32,000 nucleotides of DNA from Edaphobacter aggregans (GTDB lineage Bacteria > Acidobacteriota > Terriglobia > Terriglobales > Acidobacteriaceae): positions 5,580,001 through 5,612,000 of the forward strand of contig NZ_RSDW01000001.1 in NCBI RefSeq assembly GCF_003945235.1, in the 5' to 3' direction. This document shows, piece by piece, positions 26,237 to 32,000 of this stretch. A program made the translations under genes and the position numbers. Every line of letters begins with the position of its first letter. Positions within the stretch are counted from its first letter, which is position 1. The notes beneath the pieces are model-generated. The model saw only the letters and a list, made by a program, of their open reading frames with translations, searched no databases and was not told the DNA's origin.

Positions 26237-28345
26237 TCAATATATGGTTCGGACCTTTGGCTCTCGCTCCCAGATCCTTCCTTTAGCTGCAGCAGCGACG
26301 AACATGTTCGCGTTTCGCCCGACCATCACACCTTGATCCAGAACGACTCCGGCCGCATCCAGAAGAGGTTGTGCCTCGTTTGTGGCCCCAATGATTTTGC
26401 AATGGGCGAAGGCATCATGTACCCAGGCGACTGCCGCAGCCTCATTGGAAAGCTCTGTAGCGGCTTCTGCGGATAATGCAACGAAGACCGTATCGAATAA
26501 GACGGATGATCCGCCCGCGAGCTGGAAGTCTGTGGGCAGGAGTTGACCGTCTGTGGTCACGGCTCCCCCTACTTTTGGGGCGACGAGTGCGAAGTCCGCC
26601 TTCATCTTCGCAGTGGAAGCTCGGAGTGACGCTACGAGCTTTCCATCTGTGCCATCGGCGACGAGACAGCCAACTTTACGCCCCTGCAGAGTTTCTTTGG
26701 CTTTCCCCAAAATACTGAGGGCCGGAGATGTTTTGAGATCCTGACGAACTTTAACTGTTGCGGGAACGGGATTAATCTTCTGCTGGAGTCCCAGTCCATT
26801 TGCGACCCGCTCAGCTAACTTGGAATCAACATTCGCAAGCTGACCTACCATTCGTTCCCGGACAGCGATAGTCTCCACTTTGCTCAACTCAAATATAAAT
26901 GCAGAGATGATGTGATTTTGTTCTGTCTTTGTCTGCGAGTAAAAGAATTGTCGGGCCTGAGAGAAGTGGTCCGCAAATGACTCGGACCGAATGCGGAGTT
27001 TGTCTCCTGCCAGCGGTTCTGCAAAGCTGGCCAACCCCTTGCGTGGATCCTGACGTGGAGTATCATCTGCCAGTGAACTTGGCGAGTAGTTCACTCGGCC
27101 CGCTTGTGGGCTCATCTGCATATGACCGTCTCGCTGGAAGTGCATCACCGGACACTTTGGCGCATTGACTGGAATCTGCTGGAAATTCGGCCCTCCCAGT
27201 CGTTTAAGCTGAGTGTCAAGATAGGAGAAGATTCGTCCCTGAAGGAGTGGATCATTCGTAAAGTCGATTCCGGGTACGACATTGCGTACGCAAAACGCAA
27301 CCTGTTCTGTCTCTGCAAAAAAGTTAGAGACATTCCTGTCCAGCACCAGTCGACCAACGATCCGGAGAGGCAGTATCTCCTCCGGAATGAGCTTGGTCGC
27401 ATCGAGAACATCAAAGTCAAATTTGTCGGCAAAGTTCTGATCGAAGAGTTGGAGTCCAAGTTCCCACTCCGGGAAATCGCCCTTTTCGATAGCCTGCCAG
27501 AGGTCACGTCTGTGAAAGTCCGGATCTGCCCCAGAGATTTTCAACGCCTCATCCCAAACAACGGACTGCATGCCGAGTTTGGGACGCCAGTGGAACTTAA
27601 CAAACGTCGATTTTCCGGCTTCGCTGAGAAAACGGTAGGTGTGGACGCCAAATCCTTCCATCATTCGGAAAGAGCGCGGAATCGCGCGATCGGACATCGC
27701 CCACATGAGCATGTGAGTTGACTCCGGCATCAGGGACACGAAATCCCAGAAAGTATCGTGGGCTGTCTGCGCTTGTGGAAAGCCGCGATCTGGCTCCGCT
27801 TTGGCAGAGTGGATCAGGTCGGGAAACTTAATTGCGTCCTGGATGAAGAATACGGGAATGTTATTTCCCACGAGATCCCAGTTGCCTTCTTTGGTGTAGA
27901 ACTTGACTGCGAATCCGCGAACGTCGCGCGCCAGGTCGGTCGATCCCTTATTTCCAGCAACCGTTGAAAAACGAACAAAAACTGGCGTCTTGACGCTGAC
28001 TTCATTGAGGATGGGTGCTCGCGAGATTCCTTTAAGTGAATCCGTCAACTCGAAGAAGCCATGTGCCCCAAAACCTCTCGCGTGAACGATTCTTTCGGGT
28101 ATTCGCTCATGGTCGAAGTGTTGGATCTTCTCCAGAAGAATGTGGTCTTCGAGGAGCGCAGGGCCACGGTGACCGGCTTTCAGCGAGTTCTCATCATCGG
28201 CAATGATTGCACCGGTTTGAGTTGTAAGGGGAGGATGCGTACCAGTTGCGAGTTGATGCAGCTCTCCGCCATTGCACGAAAGTTGGCTTGGTTCTTTATG
28301 TTGAGATTTACTTTCAACGGTGAGCTTCCGTGGTGTCATGGACAC
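26237..28345 (-). CDS. katE: large-subunit monofunctional catalase (HPII type)
   Basis: 702 aa. The sequence reads ...[40 protein letters not shown]...[47 protein letters not shown]..., plus a C-terminal flavodoxin/DJ-1-like extension of about 150 aa ([14 protein letters not shown]...) that is characteristic of clade 2 HPII catalases. Confidence 0.95.
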   Translation of the reverse strand: MSMTPRKLTVESKSQHKEPSQLSCNGGELHQLATGTHPPLTTQTGAIIADDENSLKAGHRGPALLEDHILLEKIQHFDHERIPERIVHARGFGAHGFFELTDSLKGISRAPILNEVSVKTPVFVRFSTVAGNKGSTDLARDVRGFAVKFYTKEGNWDLVGNNIPVFFIQDAIKFPDLIHSAKAEPDRGFPQAQTAHDTFWDFVSLMPESTHMLMWAMSDRAIPRSFRMMEGFGVHTYRFLSEAGKSTFVKFHWRPKLGMQSVVWDEALKISGADPDFHRRDLWQAIEKGDFPEWELGLQLFDQNFADKFDFDVLDATKLIPEEILPLRIVGRLVLDRNVSNFFAETEQVAFCVRNVVPGIDFTNDPLLQGRIFSYLDTQLKRLGGPNFQQIPVNAPKCPVMHFQRDGHMQMSPQAGRVNYSPSSLADDTPRQDPRKGLASFAEPLAGDKLRIRSESFADHFSQARQFFYSQTKTEQNHIISAFIFELSKVETIAVRERMVGQLANVDSKLAERVANGLGLQQKINPVPATVKVRQDLKTSPALSILGKAKETLQGRKVGCLVADGTDGKLVASLRASTAKMKADFALVAPKVGGAVTTDGQLLPTDFQLAGGSSVLFDTVFVALSAEAATELSNEAAAVAWVHDAFAHCKIIGATNEAQPLLDAAGVVLDQGVMVGRNANMFVAAAAKGRIWEREPKVRTIY

Positions 28346-28527
28346 GCCTCCCTTGTTCCTCTAACGACCCTCTGCATGGGAACGGCTTGTCGCAACCTTG
28401 CTAGGACAGGCACTCGCGCCGCGAGGACGTAGGCATTGTGACGCAGGATCACGTGGTGCTGTTGCTTTCGGAGGATTCAGGGGCTGCAGTAGGCCGCCAT
28501 GCTTCATATCCGGTTCAACTTTTCTGA

Positions 28528-29153
28528 CGAGGCTACTTTTTCTCGAACACACTGCATCAGAGTCGTAGCGCGCTCGATCGTAAGGTTGACGTCGCGTGCA
28601 TCAATGCCGGTGTTGGTGTAGGAGGTCTTTTTGCTGAAACCGATCTGGAAGCGGAACTGAACATGGTGAACCTGAACTGCGTGGGAACCATCCAACTATC
28701 GAAATACATCGTGCACGATATGACGGCTCGCGGTACAGGCAAGATCTTGTTCACGTCATCGATCGCTGGGGAAATGTGGCGCCACGTGAAGCCGTCTATG
28801 CAGCCACCAAGGCGTTCGTCTTGTCGTTTGCCCATAGTCTCCGCTACGAACTCAAGGAGAGTGGAATTGTCGTCACTGCGCTTCAGACGGGTCCGACCGA
28901 CACCAACTTTTTCCATCAAGCGGGCATGGACAACACCGAGGTTGGATCGAAAGGGAAGTCCGAAAGCCAGCCAAGAGACGTAGCTCGTCAGGGTCTCGAC
29001 GTTTTGTTTGCGGGAGAGGATCACGTCTATGCGGCATCTGCGAAGACCAAGTTTGAAGGCATGCTTGCGAACGTTACACCGGGCGTGTTGGAGGCTGCCA
29101 TGCACGAAAAGATGGCAAACCTCTTGAAGAACGTGGTTGATTCCCGACTGTAG
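28528..29153 (+). pseudogene. short-chain dehydrogenase/reductase remnant (N-terminal Rossmann motif missing, plus one frameshift)
   Basis: The frame opens after a stop at 28525-28527 and reads ...ALDRKVDVACINAGVGVGGLFAETDLEAELNMVNLNCVGTIQLSKYIVHDMTARGTGKILFTSSIAGEM. After a shift near 28774-28779 it reads APREAVYAATKAFVLSFAHSLRYELKESGIVVTALQTGPTDTNFF (catalytic YxxxK). The first ~85 aa, including TGxxxGxG, are absent. Only the 182-nt katE upstream region precedes it. Confidence 0.7.
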
Positions 29154-29243
29154 TCGAGTAGCACTAGGAGAGAACTATCATGTCACTGAATGAGAAGCCA
29201 AATTTGGAACCATTGCCGCAATCGGGCAGTGCCGGGGTTATTA

Positions 29244-29426
29244 ATGATGGCCATTATCTGCCGCCCCCCGGAAGACAAAGACGGTAAGATCTGGGCCCGA
29301 GCAACCGTCAGAATTCAGGCTGAGCCGCAGGATCTGTATCAGTTGTGGCGCGACGTCGAGAAGGCAGCTCTCTGGCAGGAGCAAATCGTCTCTGTCAGCC
29401 GAACCGGCGAAAAAACATCGCATTGG
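29244..29426 (+). pseudogene. SRPBCC (cyclase/dehydrase-like) N-terminal fragment
   Basis: The sequence ...[48 protein letters not shown] matches the start of SRPBCC-fold proteins (xVxIxxPxxxVYxxWRDxExxPxxMxxLxSVxxxxxxxSHW). Similarity stops abruptly at 29426. An upstream ATG at 29180 is in another frame, and a C6 run lies at 29263-29268. Confidence 0.45.
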
Positions 29427-29427
29427 A

Positions 29428-29887
29428 TTCGGCTACTCGCACATGATGGGCGGATATGCAGGAGGTCAAGCTCAGTACGTTCGTGTGCCATTTGCGAACG
29501 TTGGCCCGTTGAAAAATTGAGAGCGATCTGCCGGATGAAAAGGTTCTATTCCTTTCTGACATCTTTCCGACTGGCTATATGGCAGCCGAGAACGCGCAGA
29601 TTCAGAAAGGTGACACCGTGGCGGTTTGGGGCTGCGGACCGGTCGGTCAGTTCGCCATAGCGAGTGCAATGATGCTGGGAGCTGCCCGAGTTATCGTTAT
29701 CAATCGAATCCCGGAGCGCATTGAGCTCGCTCGTTCTCTGGGCGCCATTACAGTGGATTACTCTGAAAATGATGTCAGTGTGCTTGTTGTCCTCAAGGAT
29801 CTGACCGGTGGAACGGGTCCGGATGCTTGCATCGACGCAGTTGGCTTAGAGGCCCACTCCTCGGATTTGCAGGGCGCTGCCAGATGA
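29428..29887 (+). pseudogene. internal fragment of a zinc-dependent alcohol/formaldehyde dehydrogenase-family gene, with one frameshift
   Basis: The first frame reads [29 protein letters not shown]. After a shift in the A5 run at 29512-29516 it reads [77 protein letters not shown]...[19 protein letters not shown]. This corresponds to roughly residues 150-275 of ~390-aa relatives as I recall them. The catalytic-zinc N-terminal domain and the last ~110 aa are absent. Confidence 0.7.
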
Positions 29888-29933
29888 AATGAAATCACCG
29901 GCCCCACCCCGATACCAAATACAGACCTAGGGC

Positions 29934-30242
29934 TCAAACGAGCCAAATTGGTAATAGTGCCAAGGTTGTGATGAGTGTTGAGGCGGAGAAGCGTCGCAGA
30001 GCAAAGCTTGATACAGATGCATAGATGAAAAAGGCACACCCACCTAAAACCATAGATCTCGATTCAATTGCAGCATACTGATTCCCATGCTCATGCACCA
30101 TCGATCCAAGTGTTGCCAGAGCGATAGATGGAGCCGCACGGAATAATCCCGCAAAACTCTTGGGACGCAGGACATCTCCAAGCACAGCAAACAAACTGAC
30201 GACGGTACCGCTAATCAAAAACCTGAAAAAGATTTCGCTCAT
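29934..30242 (-). CDS. DUF3147-like small membrane protein (102 aa)
   Basis: The ATG at 30240-30242 lies 8 nt after the pyrophosphatase stop. The translation is MSEIFFRFLISGTVVSLFAVLGDVLRPKSFAGLFRAAPSIALATLGSMV...GGCAFFIYASVSSFALRRFSASTLITTLALLPIWLV. It has four hydrophobic helices and a DUF3147-like N-terminal F.I.G..V motif. Confidence 0.6.
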   Translation of the reverse strand: MSEIFFRFLISGTVVSLFAVLGDVLRPKSFAGLFRAAPSIALATLGSMVHEHGNQYAAIESRSMVLGGCAFFIYASVSSFALRRFSASTLITTLALLPIWLV

Positions 30243-30250
30243 TTCGGAAT

Positions 30251-30834
30251 CTATGCTGTGTTCTTCGCCTCTTTGATGAGTCGCATTGCCTGCTTCGTCC
30301 CTCGACATCCGAGCAATCGGTATTGCTTGCCTTCCAGATTGTGATAGTTGACAAAGAAGACCTGAAGCTCCTTGAGCCATTTGCTGGGAGATCAGAAAGC
30401 CTCCGAATGCCGGCATACATGTGGTTCGCCTCGGCTACGGCTACCAGCCTGTCATTCCGAATCTTCTTTTTCCCATCAAGCTGTTCGCCCTCGATGACGC
30501 CAATCAACCGGGACTTGACGGCGACTCCAGGAAATGCTGGCTTATCCATCAGTAAGAGAACGTCAATGGGATCGCCATCTGGAGCGATGGTTTGCGGCAA
30601 GAAGCCGAAGTCATAGGGAAAAACCATCCCGGCCGGTAGAACCTTCTTCAGAGCGAAGATCGATTGTTTGGGATCAAAGGCGAACTTGTTCCGGCTTTGC
30701 GCCGGTGTTTCGATGATGACCTGAATGAGATCGTCATCCTGAATAGCTTTAGCACTGTGGGATTCGCAAGCGACTTCATGAGCAGGTTCCCCTTCGTCTC
30801 GTCGTGATACTCTTCGGCTGTTGTTTTGATGCAT
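30251..30834 (-). pseudogene. ppa: family I inorganic pyrophosphatase with a 1-nt frameshift about three quarters through
   Basis: The first frame reads ...IQVIIETPAQSRNKFAFDPKQSIFALKKVLPAGMVFPYDFGFLPQTIAPDGDPIDVLLLMDKPAFPGVAVKSRLIGVIEGEQLDGKKKIRNDRLVAVA...LSDLP. After a shift near 30379-30387 it reads KWLKELQVFFVNYHNLEGKQYRLLGCRGTKQAMRLIKEAKNTA, with the stop at 30251-30253. The continuous ORF in the track (30211..30834) runs out of frame after SDLP. Confidence 0.75.
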
Positions 30835-30954
30835 CCTCGGCTTTCCATGCTCGTTGCGCTTTTTCGGGCAACGAGAAACAGCCGGACGACCGGTGCCTCA
30901 AGGGGCGCGACCTTCATGCTGCTGAGATTCGTGAGGCGGTTCGGCGCACAGAGT

Positions 30955-31458
30955 TCAAGAGAGGTTGTCCTGAATGGTCTGCGCGACGTCATCGATCGAA
31001 GTGCGTTTACCCAATTCCTCTATTTCTTTATCCTTCGCCACCTTTATCAAGCCAAGCTGCGATGCAATTTCTCGGTTCATTCCGACGACTGCGGTGATCT
31101 CCTTTTCGGTGAGGAGAAGGATCTGCAACATTAGGTGATCCCGCTCGTCGGCGCGCCTCGCCAATCTAGCTTGCCTCATCAAAATGAAGCTCGCTATAAG
31201 GATCGCTTCGAAAGACAAGCAGGTTCCTAAAAGAGAAAAAGGAAACGGATCAAAGTGTGAAACAAAACCTGAATGGGCAGTATTGATGAGCACCCAGAAT
31301 AAAAGACCAATTAAATGAATCGATACAAAGCTCAGACTGCCTATGAATGCGGCGAACGAGTCCCCCATCCTCTCATTGGGTGTGCGTCTCGCTAGAAAAT
31401 CCTGCTCGTGTTTGAGGATCGTACTAATATGTTCTTGCACATGGGTGGGAGAATCCAT
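30955..31458 (-). CDS. DUF1003 domain membrane protein
   Basis: The ATG is preceded by AGGAA. The sequence reads ...FAAFIGSLSFVSIHLIGLLFWVLINT...HFDPFPFSLLGTCLSFEAILIASFILMRQARLARRADERDHLMLQILLLTEKEI, which matches the DUF1003 pattern (FDPYPF..LN...S.EA......I.M.QNR....D). Confidence 0.8.
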   Translation of the reverse strand: MDSPTHVQEHISTILKHEQDFLARRTPNERMGDSFAAFIGSLSFVSIHLIGLLFWVLINTAHSGFVSHFDPFPFSLLGTCLSFEAILIASFILMRQARLARRADERDHLMLQILLLTEKEITAVVGMNREIASQLGLIKVAKDKEIEELGKRTSIDDVAQTIQDNLS

Positions 31459-31713
31459 TTGTTATTCCTAAATTCGCGATCTCCCAATGACTGCCGGGAA
31501 CTTGTTTAGATGCGGGGAATAAATGGGCGGTCGTCGGAACCTGGCTTCGTAGCCGCAGCGTTTCAGCTTCCGGTAGCAGACGAAATTCCACGCGTCGCGG
31601 GCCGGCCCTTCGAAGGCCAGATCGGTTTCGCGATTGATCTTTCCTGACTCCTTTTATACTTCCCATTGGAGGGCGAAGCGTTCATGTGAACCCGGAAGCC
31701 AGAGGGCCATCAT

Positions 31714-31878
31714 CTATCCATTGCGATTCTGTTTCATCACCGCTTCCCCTGCTTTCTTAGCATCGCCCTTGATGATTCCCTCCGTCTCTTCGAGATGAGC
31801 TTTGGTCTTGGGAGTAGCGAGACCTTTGGTGGAAGTTGGTCTCGTTTTGCCGTTAACATCGATGTTCCGTGGCTTCAT
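31714..31878 (-). CDS. hypothetical small hydrophilic protein (54 aa)
   Basis: The ATG at 31876-31878 is preceded by GAGGTG with 5-nt spacing. The translation is MKPRNIDVNGKTRPTSTKGLATPKTKAHLEETEGIIKGDAKKAGEAVMKQNRNG. No family recognised. It is below the ORF-track cutoff. Confidence 0.4.
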   Translation of the reverse strand: MKPRNIDVNGKTRPTSTKGLATPKTKAHLEETEGIIKGDAKKAGEAVMKQNRNG

Positions 31879-31922
31879 AGTTCACCTCAAAGACAAGCTC
31901 GCATTATCTTGGCAATGCAGCA

Positions 31923-32000
31923 TCACAATTCAGTGGACATTTCTTCTACGGCAACGGCGAGGTCTTTTTTTTTTCTAATCACCGAGTCGTCTTCGAGCAC
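31923..32000 (-). CDS. 3' end of a gene that starts beyond the window
   Basis: The minus-strand frame is open from the window edge: VLEDDSVIRKKKDLAVAVEEMSTEL, with the stop at 31923-31925. It is too short to classify. It contains an A10 run (plus-strand T10, 31965-31974) that encodes KKK. Confidence 0.25.
   Translation of the reverse strand: MLEDDSVIRKKKDLAVAVEEMSTEL

Noticed and set aside
28378-28382. GGAAC pentamer in the katE/SDR intergenic region, considered as the -35 of an EcfG-type stress promoter.
   Set aside because: It is on the plus strand, the wrong orientation for katE. No CGTT follows at a spacing of 16-17 nt.
1-32000. Mobile-element explanation for the gene decay (IS, integrase, tRNA-flanked island).
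   Set aside because: No ORF in the six-frame track resembles a transposase, integrase or recombinase. I found no terminal inverted repeats or tRNA genes.

Overview
The window looks like a moderately GC-rich bacterial chromosomal segment. The family mix suggests Acidobacteriota/Terriglobia, but that is a low-confidence guess from memory. I found no rRNA, tRNA, CRISPR array, transposase, integrase or phage genes.

Gene content, left to right:
- 1-1.5 kb: a small secreted-protein ORF and a decayed histidine-kinase core.
- 1.6-2.0 kb: a receiver-like protein that lacks the phospho-acceptor Asp.
- 2.0-3.8 kb: a low-coding-density stretch with only tiny membrane-protein ORFs.
- 3.8-6.2 kb: an AI-2E-family permease fused to a long cytoplasmic tail that ends in a GAF domain.
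- 6.7-14.9 kb: a three-gene phosphorelay. Its first gene is a 1916-aa cytoplasmic hybrid kinase with nine perfect-length 92-aa (276-nt) HAMP repeat units, a GAF domain, a kinase core and three receivers. A REC-PAS-PAS kinase and a single-domain receiver follow.
- 15.3-18.0 kb: an 873-aa secreted protein with no recognisable family.
- 18.4-19.4 kb: a type IB DNA topoisomerase.
- 19.6-21.6 kb: two tandem paralogous aldo/keto reductases, both frameshifted.
- 21.7-22.1 kb: two small membrane proteins.
- 22.5-23.3 kb: Ku.
- 23.3-28.3 kb (minus strand): catalase HPII followed by four translationally coupled genes (PIG-L deacetylase, NodS-like methyltransferase, GT2 glycosyltransferase, short ACAD-fold protein).
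- 28.5-29.9 kb: oxidoreductase remnants (SDR, SRPBCC, Zn-ADH).
- 29.9-31.9 kb: DUF3147, a frameshifted inorganic pyrophosphatase, DUF1003 and a small hydrophilic protein.

Main points for follow-up:
1. The katE-linked four-enzyme operon, whose product I cannot name.
2. The poly-HAMP array. Two of its units encode identical protein but differ at about 40 synonymous sites.
3. The concentration of indels and truncations in short accessory genes, while about 15 kb of long ORFs are intact.

All family calls come from motif recognition by eye. No database search was run.
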